A DNA stretch of 64,000 bases from Candidatus Latescibacterota bacterium (GTDB lineage Bacteria > Latescibacterota > UBA2968 > GCA-2709665): assembly GCA_965116875.1 (NCBI GenBank), contig OZ220733.1:608001-672000 (forward strand). The letters run 5' to 3'. A model generated the notes under the pieces. The model searched no databases, was not told the DNA's origin, and worked only from the letters and a program-made list of their open reading frames with translations. The position numbers and the translations under genes were made by a program. Every line of letters begins with the position of its first letter. Position 1 is the first letter of the stretch. Positions 46,484-56,670 of the stretch are shown here, one piece after another.

Positions 46484-49400
46484 TCAGTCGTCCGCCGTCT
46501 GTTCGCCGATGGCGGGGCGAAAGAACGCGGCTCGAACGACTCCTTTCAGAAACGTCCGCAGGTCGTCCAGCAGCGTATAGCAGATGGGCACGAGCAGCAG
46601 GGTCATAAACGTCGAAACGAACAACCCGCCCATCATTGTCCGTCCCAGCGGCGCATAGGGAATCCCAATGAGATTGCTGTTGCCCAATGCCATGGGCAAC
46701 AGGCCGAACACGGTGGTGAACGTCGTCATCAGAATGGGGCGAAACCGGTTGTGTCCGGCTTCCAGAATCGCCTCTGTGCGGCTCATGCCCTCCAGACGCA
46801 TCCGGTTGATCATATCCACGAGCACGATGGCGTTGTTGACGACGACGCCGATCAGTACGATCATGCCGATGCTGGCCATCATGTCCATCGGCGTACCGGT
46901 CAGATAGAGCGTCCAGTACACCCCCAGAAATGAAAACGGAATGGAAAACAACACCGAGAACGGCAGGACAACGGACTCGAACAACACCCCCATCAGAAGA
47001 AAGACGCAGGTAACGGCCATCACCACCGCGAATATCGTCTCGTTGTCGGACTCGCGGAACCGGGCGAACCGTTCTCCCTTGTTCCACGAATACCCCCTCG
47101 GCATTTCGAAACCGGTCATCGCCCGGTCGATTTCGGCGTAGAGGCTCTTGAGATCGTCCTTTGTCGTAAACGCTTTCACCTCCAGACGCGTCTTTCCGTC
47201 TTCCCGGCGTATTCTCCCCCGCCCCGGTGTTACCTTGAAGCTGGCCAGTTCGGAAAGCGGGATCTCCTCGCCCGATGCGGACCTGAACATGAAACTCTTG
47301 AGGTGATGCAGTGTTTGCCGGTCCGCCTCTTCCAGGTACAGTCGCGTAGGCACCTCCCGCTCGCCGGACTGGAAGCGGGGCAGGCTTACGCCCTGCATGG
47401 TGAAGGCCAGCGTCCTGGCCACCACCTGCGGGGAAATCCCGTAGCGCCTTGCCCGCTCGCGGTCGATGTGGACCTGCGCCTCGTCGGTGGATCGCTCCAG
47501 GTCCGAGTCCACGTTCACGACCGAGGGTATCGCCCGGAGCCGGCGCTCGACTTCGGTTACGAGACCCGCCAGCGCCTCGGTGTCGTCGCCGTAGAGATAG
47601 ACGGAAACCGAAGGTTCGCCGCCCCCCCGGGCCCGGCTCTCCACGCCAATGCGCACCCCCACGTATTTCGGCATGTTCTCTTTCAGGTCCTTGATGACCT
47701 CCGTACGTTCCATCGTATTGTCCACCGGAGCGCCCAGACCGGATCTCAGATTCTTGTACGCGACGTACCACCACGCCTCGTTGGGGTCCGAATCCAGATA
47801 GATCCGGAAGTTCCCGCGGGTCTTGCGGAACCAGGACCGGATGGTTCGGATGCCGTACGCCTCCCGCTTGGAATCCAGGAATTCCTCCACTTCGTTCATC
47901 AATTCAAAGGTTTCATATGTTGTGAAATCCCGGGGCGTTCGAATATTGATGCCAATATCGTTGATGTTTCCCCGGGAGGCATCCGAACGTTTCATCTTGC
48001 CGGCCGGAACCGAAATGGTTGCAAATACGGCGAGGAGGATCAATATGGCGTCCCGGCGGTGGCTCAACGCCCATTTCAGTACGCGGCCGTATCGCATCCG
48101 TGCCCAGCCGATGGACTTCGAGTCCGGCTTGACGCGGCCGCCCCCGAACCGCACCGAAGCCAGCGGGATGATCAACAGCGCGACGAACAACGACCCCACC
48201 AGCATCACGATGACAGGGACGCCCATCCGGGAAAGATAGAACGTCATCCCCACGTTACCGGTCATCAACATCAGAGGCAGAAAAACCACGACGGTGGTCA
48301 GCGTTGCCATGGTAATCGCCATTGCGACTTCGCTGGCGCCCGAGACCGCCGCGGGCTTCGGCGATTCGCCCTTCTCCCTGCGGCGATAGATGTTCTCCAG
48401 AATCACGACCGCGTTGTCCACAACCATCCCCACGCCTACCATCAGACCCATCATGGTCATGAGATTCAGGGACCACCCGGAAAAATAAAGCACCGTTACC
48501 GTCATCATCGCGCACAGCGGAATCGACAGTGTAATGATGGCCGTCATTCGGATGACTCGCAGGAAGAACAGCAGGATCAGCGCGGCAAACAACCCGCCCC
48601 AGAGGCCGGTATTCCTCAGAGTCGCAACCGACCCCCTGATGAGTTCGCCCTGGTTGAAGAACACGTTGAATTGCACTTTTCCAGCCAGGGCAGGCCCGTT
48701 CTCGATCCGGATGAGCGCCTCCGAAACACGGTCGCATACCGTTGCAATGTCCGCTCCCGACTCGGCCTTGATCCCCACGGAAGAAGCCGGCTGACCGTCG
48801 ATACTCTGATACCAGCTCCGGGCCGGAATATCGTAGACCACGTCGGCGACTTCGCGCAGCTTGATGCCGCCCTGCCGGGACCCGACGGGAATATCGCCAA
48901 TCTCCTCGAGACTTCGGTAACGGGCGAGCGAGCGGACGTAGAATTTCTTCGTCCCCTCGTTCACGTACCCGCTCTTGAGCGCGAAATTGTCGCTTTGCAG
49001 CCTTCGGACCATGTCGTAGACGTTCACGCCCCTCGCGACCAGTTTGTCACGGTCGATTTCGATCATCACCTCTTTGGGGTCCGCACCCCAGAGTTCCACC
49101 CGGGCCACGCCTTCGATGCGCTCCAGAGGTCGTTGAACATGGGTCTCCAGGTAACGGTACACGTCTACGATCGAGGAGTCGAGGGCCGCGCCGATCCACA
49201 TGATATTCCAGCCCTCGTCATTGTACTTCCACACGAAAATCCGATCTCGCACTTCCTCCGGAAGGTCCGGTTTCAGCCGGTCCAACTGATCCCGCAACTG
49301 GTTGTACGCCAGGGTCATGTCGGCATCCTGCTGAAAACGGAGAGGCGCGCCGACGCCCCGGCTGTCCGTGTACGTCCGGACCCTTTCGATTCCCTTTATC

Positions 49401-49642
49401 GTCCGCAGCCGCTCCTCCAGTGGGCGCGTTATCTGCTGTTCGACCTCCTGAGGCGTGGCGGTCGAACCGGGATACCTGACGCTCAACCACAGAAACGGCG
49501 GCTCGAATCCCGCCGGCATCATTTTCACCGCGATCCGGGAATAGCCCACGGCGCCCATCACGAGCAGCGCCAGCAGGCACACCGTTATTGTCACGGGTCG
49601 ATTGACGGAAATACGCGTAAGAAGGGAAGATCGACTGTTCAT
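46484..49642 (-). CDS. RND efflux permease (AcrB/AcrD/AcrF family)
   Basis: 1052 aa; GMVVDNAVVILENI, GVVVNNAIVLVD and RFRPILMTT. Confidence 0.95.
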   Translation of the reverse strand: MNSRSSLLTRISVNRPVTITVCLLALLVMGAVGYSRIAVKMMPAGFEPPFLWLSVRYPGSTATPQEVEQQITRPLEERLRTIKGIERVRTYTDSRGVGAPLRFQQDADMTLAYNQLRDQLDRLKPDLPEEVRDRIFVWKYNDEGWNIMWIGAALDSSIVDVYRYLETHVQRPLERIEGVARVELWGADPKEVMIEIDRDKLVARGVNVYDMVRRLQSDNFALKSGYVNEGTKKFYVRSLARYRSLEEIGDIPVGSRQGGIKLREVADVVYDIPARSWYQSIDGQPASSVGIKAESGADIATVCDRVSEALIRIENGPALAGKVQFNVFFNQGELIRGSVATLRNTGLWGGLFAALILLFFLRVIRMTAIITLSIPLCAMMTVTVLYFSGWSLNLMTMMGLMVGVGMVVDNAVVILENIYRRREKGESPKPAAVSGASEVAMAITMATLTTVVVFLPLMLMTGNVGMTFYLSRMGVPVIVMLVGSLFVALLIIPLASVRFGGGRVKPDSKSIGWARMRYGRVLKWALSHRRDAILILLAVFATISVPAGKMKRSDASRGNINDIGINIRTPRDFTTYETFELMNEVEEFLDSKREAYGIRTIRSWFRKTRGNFRIYLDSDPNEAWWYVAYKNLRSGLGAPVDNTMERTEVIKDLKENMPKYVGVRIGVESRARGGGEPSVSVYLYGDDTEALAGLVTEVERRLRAIPSVVNVDSDLERSTDEAQVHIDRERARRYGISPQVVARTLAFTMQGVSLPRFQSGEREVPTRLYLEEADRQTLHHLKSFMFRSASGEEIPLSELASFKVTPGRGRIRREDGKTRLEVKAFTTKDDLKSLYAEIDRAMTGFEMPRGYSWNKGERFARFRESDNETIFAVVMAVTCVFLLMGVLFESVVLPFSVLFSIPFSFLGVYWTLYLTGTPMDMMASIGMIVLIGVVVNNAIVLVDMINRMRLEGMSRTEAILEAGHNRFRPILMTTFTTVFGLLPMALGNSNLIGIPYAPLGRTMMGGLFVSTFMTLLLVPICYTLLDDLRTFLKGVVRAAFFRPAIGEQTADD

Positions 49643-49847
49643 AGCGACGATGATCCGTTTGGCACAGGCATTCTCCTCATCCGCCTACGGTACGGAAATA
49701 ATTCTCACCCCGTATCGTAAGACGCATGAACCCTCGATATGATTCATTTTTGAGGTGAATGGCGCCGCATGTCCGAGGGACGCTGAGCGCGGCCGCCGCA
49801 GCCTGTCCCCCAGGAAGCGCGGGATGACGGGACGCTTGCGCAGAGGA

Positions 49848-50198
49848 CTACGGGCAAGACCTGTCCACGATGCGCCGCAGGGCTTTCTTTCGCGCGTGGC
49901 GGCGTTTCTGTTCCATGCGCTTTTCTCTGGACGCACGTGAGGGTCTGGTTGGAATCCGGGGTCTGGCCGTGTGGTTCAGGCCGATGAGCTTTCGCCGGAG
50001 ACGCTGGAGGGCAAGGTCCCTGTTCCGTCCCTGCAAACGATGTTCGGACGCAACGACCCTGATGCCGGAGGGAAGGTGAACAAGTCTGACCGCGCTTTCA
50101 ACCTTGTTACGGTTCTGGCCGCCCGGTCCGCCGCCGCGAAAGGGCTGGAATTGCACTTCCTTGAGGAGGATTTCAGGATCGGTGTTATAGCGTGGCAT
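49848..50198 (-). CDS. arfB: ribosome-rescue peptidyl-tRNA hydrolase / short RF-1-domain protein (ArfB-like)
   Basis: GGPGGQNRNKVESAV GGQ motif and basic tail RIPTRPSRASREKR...KK. Confidence 0.8.
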   Translation of the reverse strand: MPRYNTDPEILLKEVQFQPFRGGGPGGQNRNKVESAVRLVHLPSGIRVVASEHRLQGRNRDLALQRLRRKLIGLNHTARPRIPTRPSRASREKRMEQKRRHARKKALRRIVDRSCP

Positions 50199-50265
50199 GT
50201 CGGGATCCCCGGCCGTTCTCCGCGGCCCCGGTCTCGTCGGACCGGATCGGATGCGGGATCCTGTT

Positions 50266-51492
50266 CTAAACCAATCCGGCGCGGCGGAGGGCGTCGGCCA
50301 TAACGCTTTCAGATTTGTTGTCTGACGAGTTTTCCTTGATCTTGAATGCTTCGATTTCCCTGACTTCACCCGCCTTCTTATCTTCTTCCTGAAGGTCGCG
50401 CATGGAAAGGGAGATGCGTTTCCTGTCCCGGTCGATCTTCCGGATCCGGGCACGAACTTCCTGACCGACCGATACCACGTCTGCCGGCCGCGCGACACGG
50501 CTGCGTGCGAGCTGGGACACGTGGACCAGGCCCTCCACACCCGGAGCGACTTCGACGAAGGCGCCGAACTGCTGGATCGAAACGACTTTGCCGGTGATGT
50601 CCTCTCCCTCCCGATATTTCTCCAACGCGCCGTCCCAGGGGTCGGGCAGGAGCGCCTTTATGGAGAGAGAGATGCGCTCTTTGTCTCCGCCGAGGCCCTT
50701 GAGTTCGAGGATCTTCACGCTGACTTCATCTCCGGACCGGAGCACGTCCTTCGGATGCCCGACGCGACTGTGGGCAATTTCCGATATGTGCACCAGACCC
50801 TCCACGCCGCCAAGGTCGACAAAAGCGCCGAACCGTTCAAGCCTGGTAATCTTGCCGGTGACTTCGGCGCCCTCGTTGAGTTTCTCCCGCAACTCGTCCG
50901 CGCGACGGGCGGCCTCGGCCTCGAGATGGGCGCGGCGTGAAAGAACGATGTTGCGGCCCCGCCCCCGGAATTCGACAATTTTGAACGTAAGCGTCTGCCC
51001 CGCGTAGGAGGCCAGGTCTTTGCTGTAACCCGTATCGATCTGGGAAACCGGACAGAAAGCCCGCCGGCCGCCGAGATTGACGACCAGACCGCCGGAATTG
51101 AATCCGGTTACCCGTCCGTCTACCGGTATGCTGTTTTCGTAGGCCTGGCGCAGAATCTGGACATTGCCGGTCCGCCGGGACAGGGTCAATCGAACTTCAT
51201 TCTCCACAGAGGCGACAAATGCTTCGATGGTATCCCCGACACTGCAGGAGACCTCACCCTGCTCGTCCTTCAGTTCCTGCAGGTCGACGACGGCCTCACT
51301 CCGGCCTCCATAGTCCACAAACACCGAGGATTCATCGATGGATTGAATGCGCCCCGAAAGCCGCTGTCCCACGGAAAGTAACGGTGCGGGCGCCTGATCA
51401 GGTTCACTTTCGAGCAAGGCTGCGAATTTGTCGCTGGAACGGTCTTCGACGTATTTCTCGTCCATATCATGCACGTCTTGTGGTTCGTTCAT
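50266..51492 (-). CDS. S1 RNA-binding repeat protein (short ribosomal protein S1-like, 4 domains)
   Basis: FGAFVDLGGVEGLVHISE and FGAFVEVAPGVEGLVHVSQ plus two divergent N-terminal S1 domains. Confidence 0.88.
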   Translation of the reverse strand: MNEPQDVHDMDEKYVEDRSSDKFAALLESEPDQAPAPLLSVGQRLSGRIQSIDESSVFVDYGGRSEAVVDLQELKDEQGEVSCSVGDTIEAFVASVENEVRLTLSRRTGNVQILRQAYENSIPVDGRVTGFNSGGLVVNLGGRRAFCPVSQIDTGYSKDLASYAGQTLTFKIVEFRGRGRNIVLSRRAHLEAEAARRADELREKLNEGAEVTGKITRLERFGAFVDLGGVEGLVHISEIAHSRVGHPKDVLRSGDEVSVKILELKGLGGDKERISLSIKALLPDPWDGALEKYREGEDITGKVVSIQQFGAFVEVAPGVEGLVHVSQLARSRVARPADVVSVGQEVRARIRKIDRDRKRISLSMRDLQEEDKKAGEVREIEAFKIKENSSDNKSESVMADALRRAGLV

Positions 51493-51732
51493 GCGGCTTC
51501 TCTCATGCTCCTTTTCCGGCGATATTCGGTCATTTCCCCGCGCGCTCGCCCGGCGTGGGAATTTCAGGCCTTCTCCCTTCCGGAGACCCCTGGACCAAGG
51601 CACATAAAGGTATGGGAAAAATTGAAAGATGCAAGGTTTTTTTGGGGTTTTCGCGCCGGCCGCAATGGCGGCGCAGCCGCATGTTCACGGCAACAGCACC
51701 ATACGGTCTCGACATTTCTCGAAATCTCATCG

Positions 51733-51761
51733 TTGATCACGCAGGGTCGTTGTGGTATATT
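51733..51761 (+). promoter_or_regulatory. putative sigma70 promoter (extended -10)
   Basis: TTGATC-N17-TATATT with TG upstream of the -10 box. Confidence 0.5.
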
Positions 51762-51813
51762 TCTCCCGGATCAGGAACATTGACAAAAAGAATCCACGGT
51801 CAGGATACGGAAG

Positions 51814-53025
51814 ATGAACGAAAAAATCGAAGAGGCCCGCCAGATTGCGCTTCGGATCTTGAAGCCGCGCAAGAAGGAACTGGAACACGGGTTGGCCCTG
51901 CACGCGGAGTCGATCGTGTGCGACACGTACGGATTCGCGCCCAGGGCAGCAATCGACGGAGACGCGATGGCGGCCGCTATCGAAGCCGGCGCTTCCGATG
52001 CGGAACTCAATGACATGAACGAAGAGATGTCGATGACCCGGTGCGCAACCGATCCGGGCGAGCGTGCGGAGTTCCAGGAAGCGTGGCGGTCGAGCGGTGT
52101 CACATGCATCGCACAGAACGCCGGAGAGGAGGGCCAGGCGCCTTTGCGGCTGATCAAGCGCCTCGCGCGGTTTACCTATGTGGCTGACGTAATGCGTGAT
52201 TTCCTGCTGCGGGCGACCACTCCGGAGGATATAGAGGCAGCCAGGATCCAGGGCAAGCAGTGTCTGTACATGAGTGGCAACGGAGTCCCGCTTTCACAGG
52301 ACTGGGTGTCCGTGGAGGAGGAACTCAGGTACATCCGAATCTTCTTTCAACTGGGGATTCGGATGATGCACCTGACGTACAACCGGCGCAATATGCTGGG
52401 AGACGGGTGCGCCGAACCTGCCAACGCGGGGTTGAGCGATTTCGGCAGATCCGTGGTCGCCGAAATGAACCGCGTCGGCGTTATCGTGGACGTGGCTCAC
52501 GCGGGCTGGCAGACCAGCCTGGAGGCGGCCAGAGCGTCCGATGCCCCGATGGTGGCAAGTCACTCGGGCTGCTGTTCCGTGAACGAACACGTGCGGTGCA
52601 AACCGGACAACGTGATCCGGGCGATCGCGGACACGGGCGGTTACGTGGGCATCTGCTGCATTCCCGCGTTCCTGGGCCGGAGCGGGGACATACTGGCGCT
52701 GCTTGATCATATCGATTATATGGTCAAAACGTTCGGGGCCGATCATGTAACGATCGGCACGGATACGGCGTACGCATCGCGGGCCTCCCAGGCGGAAAGG
52801 AGAAAGGCGCCGCGTGCCCGAGGGCGTCCCCGATGGGCGTATTTCTGGCCTCCGGACGCATTTGACGCGCACTGGCGTCAGGAAAACATGGTGAAGAGCC
52901 TGGCGTGGACCAACTGGCCGCTCTTCACGGTCGGATTGGTCCAGCGCGGGTATCCAGATGCGGATATCCGCAAGATACTGGGCGGCAATATGCTACGCGT
53001 GGCGCGCGCTGCACTGTCCGGCTGA
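51814..53025 (+). CDS. membrane dipeptidase (M19) family protein
   Basis: LGIRMMHLTYN, GLSDFGRSVVAEMNRVGVIVDVAH, ASHS and DHVTIGTD. Confidence 0.88.
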   Translation: MNEKIEEARQIALRILKPRKKELEHGLALHAESIVCDTYGFAPRAAIDGDAMAAAIEAGASDAELNDMNEEMSMTRCATDPGERAEFQEAWRSSGVTCIAQNAGEEGQAPLRLIKRLARFTYVADVMRDFLLRATTPEDIEAARIQGKQCLYMSGNGVPLSQDWVSVEEELRYIRIFFQLGIRMMHLTYNRRNMLGDGCAEPANAGLSDFGRSVVAEMNRVGVIVDVAHAGWQTSLEAARASDAPMVASHSGCCSVNEHVRCKPDNVIRAIADTGGYVGICCIPAFLGRSGDILALLDHIDYMVKTFGADHVTIGTDTAYASRASQAERRKAPRARGRPRWAYFWPPDAFDAHWRQENMVKSLAWTNWPLFTVGLVQRGYPDADIRKILGGNMLRVARAALSG

Positions 53026-53079
53026 CGGCCGTTGACTGAATGCCAACAGGGTCCGAGCGCCTGCACAAAAGGATGTCAC

Positions 53080-54330
53080 ATGACCGGAAACGTCAACCTG
53101 TTGCGACTCTTCGTCTTCTTTTCTCTTGTTTCCCCGCATATCGCGCATGGGGAGAGCCCTGAGCTGATCTGGCGTCCGGAAGGCCCCACAACGCATCGTT
53201 CTACAGATGCCGCAGGTGCGGACTTTGACGGTGACGGTGTTGTGGGGTTTTCGGATTTCCTGTTGTTCGCCCGCAAGTTCAACACGTCGGAAGGCGACGT
53301 GGGGTACGACGCAAGGTTGGATCTGAACGGCGACGGCACCGTCAATTTTCCGGACTTCGTCTCCTTCAGCGCGGCATTCGGCGCCCGTTCCGGCGACGGG
53401 ACGTCGTCGCGATACGCCGTCTACGCGCTCGATCCTCTGCTTGGGGGGATGGCGGTCATCGATTCCGAGTCGCATCTGCTCTCGGATTACCTCAGGTTTC
53501 GGGGACCGACAGGCATTGCGGTCTCGGCGGGCGAACGGACAATCTATGTATCGGAAGGATTCGGGCTCTTCGCCATCGATGGGAATCACGAAGCGCTGTT
53601 CTCAATCCCGACGGAATCGCAGGGTCGCGTCGTGCTTGGCCCCCACGAGCGTTTCGCGTACGTGACGGAAGAACGGCACGACCGGCTTGTGGTCCTGGAC
53701 CTGGCCGCACGGGTTCCCGTGGATACGATTTCGGTAGGCGAGAGGCCGATCGACGTGGCGATTACACCGGATGGCAGGAAGCTCTACGTGGCGAACGCCG
53801 ACAGCCGCGACGTCTCGGTGATCGACGTGGAACGGGGTGAAGTCGCGAGCGCCATCATTATCGGCGGCGTCCCGGGTGAGATCGGCATTACGAAGGACGG
53901 CCGGCGGGCGTACGTGACAAACGTCGACCGCGGTGTCGTTTCGGTGCTGGATCTTGATCTGGATGAGGTCGTGAGCGGCCTGCAATTGAATGGAGATTCC
54001 GCGCGCGGGCTGGCGTTTTCGCCGGACGGCAGGACACTCTACGTGGCTTCGACCGGGACACGCTCCGGCGGTTTCCTTGTGACCATTGACGTACAACGCA
54101 ATCTGATATCCGGGCGTCTACGGGTCGGGGACGCCGCGTCCACGATCGGCGTTGCACCGGATGGTACGCGCATCTACGTCGGCACCCTGGTGCTGGACGG
54201 CGGCGGACCGGGGCTGAGCGCCATCGACCTGGAAGACGGGCGCGTTATGGGCCGGTTGCTGGGCATCGACTTCATTGCGCAGTTTGCCTTCCGCACGCTT
54301 TCGCAAAGTCAATCCGGCCGCGAGAATTAA
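53080..54330 (+). CDS. secreted EF-hand/dockerin-like + YVTN beta-propeller protein
   Basis: Signal peptide; DFDGDGVVGFSDF and DLNGDGTVNFPDF repeats; AITPDGRKLYVAN and AYVTN blades. Confidence 0.85.
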   Translation: MTGNVNLLRLFVFFSLVSPHIAHGESPELIWRPEGPTTHRSTDAAGADFDGDGVVGFSDFLLFARKFNTSEGDVGYDARLDLNGDGTVNFPDFVSFSAAFGARSGDGTSSRYAVYALDPLLGGMAVIDSESHLLSDYLRFRGPTGIAVSAGERTIYVSEGFGLFAIDGNHEALFSIPTESQGRVVLGPHERFAYVTEERHDRLVVLDLAARVPVDTISVGERPIDVAITPDGRKLYVANADSRDVSVIDVERGEVASAIIIGGVPGEIGITKDGRRAYVTNVDRGVVSVLDLDLDEVVSGLQLNGDSARGLAFSPDGRTLYVASTGTRSGGFLVTIDVQRNLISGRLRVGDAASTIGVAPDGTRIYVGTLVLDGGGPGLSAIDLEDGRVMGRLLGIDFIAQFAFRTLSQSQSGREN

Positions 54331-54376
54331 TCCTCCGCAGACCCCACCGCGACACAATCGCCGCGTCGCCGGATCC

Positions 54377-54841
54377 TCAGTCAATGCGCTTGATGATTCG
54401 GATCTTGACCCGCGCGACCCCCTCCTCCACCATCTCCAGACGACGCGCCGCACCCAGGGAAAGATCAAGAATCCGGCCTTCGATGAAGGGGCCACGGTCG
54501 TTGACCTTCACCTTGACGCTCCTTCCGTTTCCGAGATGGGTTACGTGGATGACGGTACCGAGCGGAAGCTCCCGGTGCGCCGCGGTAAGACCGTACATAT
54601 CGAAAATCTCACCGCTGGCGGTGGGACGGCCGTGGAACTTGTGCGCATAGTACGAGGCAAGCCCGACCTGAAAAGCGTCTTTGGTGGAGATAACGGGAGC
54701 ATCGACGGTCGTCTTTTCGGAGTCTGTCCCCTGGGGCGGGGTACGATATCTCGGCCGGGAGAAACAACCTGAAGTCAGGCCGATTGCAAAGATCAGGAGT
54801 ACGTGAATTGCAGCGCGGTCAGTTCCGCGGCCCGGTTTCAA
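54377..54841 (-). CDS. rlpA: RlpA family lytic transglycosylase lipoprotein
   Basis: Lipobox LTSGC; GLASYY...GRPTASGE, TAAHRELPLGT and NDRGPF..GRILDLS. Start (TTG 54841) uncertain. Confidence 0.88.
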   Translation of the reverse strand: MKPGRGTDRAAIHVLLIFAIGLTSGCFSRPRYRTPPQGTDSEKTTVDAPVISTKDAFQVGLASYYAHKFHGRPTASGEIFDMYGLTAAHRELPLGTVIHVTHLGNGRSVKVKVNDRGPFIEGRILDLSLGAARRLEMVEEGVARVKIRIIKRID

Positions 54842-55748
54842 ACGAACCCACGAGGTCTGATATGCGCCCGATCCGGTGGCTCCGGCAGTATTCGGCGATG
54901 CCATCGACGATCTCCAGGGCAGCCCAGGGGTTGATGAAGGTGGTGGTCCCAATCTGTACGGCCGATGCGCCAACGATGAGAAACTCGATTGCGTCCCGGG
55001 CGGTTGCAATGCCGCCCATGCCGACTATGGGAATTGATACCGTGTCGGCAACCCTCCACACCATCGCCAGCGCAACCGGCTTGATGGCGGGTCCGGAAAG
55101 GCCGCCGGTGACGTTTCCCAGAACGGGGCGCCGGGCGCCGGCGTCCACGGCCAGGCCAAGCAGGGTGTTGATCAGAGCGATACTGTCCGCGCCGCCTTCT
55201 TCCACGGCCGCCGCCACCGCGGCGATGTCGGTTACATTGGGCGTGAGCTTGACGATGACGGGAAGCCTGGAGACCGCCTTCACTGCCGAGGTGACATCAT
55301 GCGCGGCCTGCTCCCGGCATCCGAACAGCTGCCCGCCGTCCTTCATATTGGGCGACGAGATGTTCAGTTCAAGAGCGTCTATGCCCCGAAGATCGTTGAA
55401 CCGCCGCGCCATCTCGGCGAATTCGTCTTTGGAGGTGCCTGCGATGCTGACAATGCGCGCTGTTGGAAGCGACTGTAACGGCGGGACCTTTTCGGCAATA
55501 AAGGCGTCGAGGCCGGGATTCGTGAGGCCGATGGAATTGAGCATTCCGGAAGGAGTTTCCGCGGTGCGGGGGGCGCTGTTGCCGGCGCGGGGATGACGGG
55601 TTATGGTTTTCGTAACCACACCGCCGACCCCTGCGAAGTCGAACATACCCTCGTATTCTGCTCCGTGCCCGATGGTTCCCGATGCCATCATCACAGGATT
55701 TCTGATGGTCAGGCCGCCGCCGATGTGCGTGGAGAGATTCATGGTCAT
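54819..55748 (-). CDS. pyrD: dihydroorotate dehydrogenase 1B catalytic subunit
   Basis: NPVMMASGT, NSIGLTNPG, ELNISSPN, KLTPN and GGLSGPAIKPVA. Confidence 0.95.
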   Translation of the reverse strand: MTMNLSTHIGGGLTIRNPVMMASGTIGHGAEYEGMFDFAGVGGVVTKTITRHPRAGNSAPRTAETPSGMLNSIGLTNPGLDAFIAEKVPPLQSLPTARIVSIAGTSKDEFAEMARRFNDLRGIDALELNISSPNMKDGGQLFGCREQAAHDVTSAVKAVSRLPVIVKLTPNVTDIAAVAAAVEEGGADSIALINTLLGLAVDAGARRPVLGNVTGGLSGPAIKPVALAMVWRVADTVSIPIVGMGGIATARDAIEFLIVGASAVQIGTTTFINPWAALEIVDGIAEYCRSHRIGRISDLVGSFETGPRN

Positions 55749-55820
55749 TGTGGGATGGAATTCCGCAAGAGGCATCGCCTGACCACGGGCGTACTCCCCG
55801 ACGGGCCGGTCAGGCGCCTC

Positions 55821-56615
55821 TTACCAGACGATCGCGTGGGCATCCACCACCGGTCCTTCAATGCAGACCCGTCGGTATCGATGGTCTTCCCTCTCCGCGT
55901 CCCGGTATTCCACCACACAACCCACACACGCGCCGAATCCACAGGCCATATGGTTCTCCAGGGACGCCTGGCACGGCAGACGAAGCTCTGCCGCGATTTC
56001 GGCGACACGCGCCATCATGGCGTGTGGACCGCACGTAAGCACCCGGGTTCCGTCCTGCTGCACATGCTCCGGAATCAGGTCCGTTACCGGGCCCCTGTGC
56101 CCGAGGCTGCCGTCGTCCGTGGCCAGCCATCGACGCAGATCGGATGGAATCACACGATCCATCTCGGGCATCCGGTCCCTGCTCGCCGCCCCCATCAGGA
56201 ATACCATGTCATTCCGGCGTTCTCTGTGGAACCAGGCCATGAATGCGAGCGGCACCAGTCCGACCCCTCCGGCGACGAGCAGCAGGCGGCGGGTAACGGG
56301 GGGGACAAAGGGTCGTCCGAGCGGGCCGAGGACGTCGAGGCGATGACCGGGCGCGGCGTCAGCCATCCGTCGAGTGCCTTCTCCGATCGCGTCGTAGACC
56401 ACCTCTATGGAACCCGCTTCAGGGTCCGTGCGAAGTGCGCTGAACGGACGTCGAAGATACGGCGACTGACCCGGGTCGGTGCGGATCTGAACGAATTGGG
56501 CGGGACGACACCTCCGGGCGACTCCCGGCGCTTGCAGGCGCATCAGGTAGACGTTCCGCGCAATCTGCTCGTTGTCGAGGACGACGGCGTTTTCCTGGAA
56601 GAATTGAGGAATCAT
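55821..56615 (-). CDS. pyrK: dihydroorotate dehydrogenase electron transfer subunit
   Basis: LRRPFS, GPLGRPF, AGGVG and MACGFGACVGC...VCIEGPV. Confidence 0.93.
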   Translation of the reverse strand: MIPQFFQENAVVLDNEQIARNVYLMRLQAPGVARRCRPAQFVQIRTDPGQSPYLRRPFSALRTDPEAGSIEVVYDAIGEGTRRMADAAPGHRLDVLGPLGRPFVPPVTRRLLLVAGGVGLVPLAFMAWFHRERRNDMVFLMGAASRDRMPEMDRVIPSDLRRWLATDDGSLGHRGPVTDLIPEHVQQDGTRVLTCGPHAMMARVAEIAAELRLPCQASLENHMACGFGACVGCVVEYRDAEREDHRYRRVCIEGPVVDAHAIVW

Positions 56616-56670
56616 TGGACGAAAGCGTCACCCGCGCATACCGGTATTCTTTGAATGACTGCAAGAGTTG

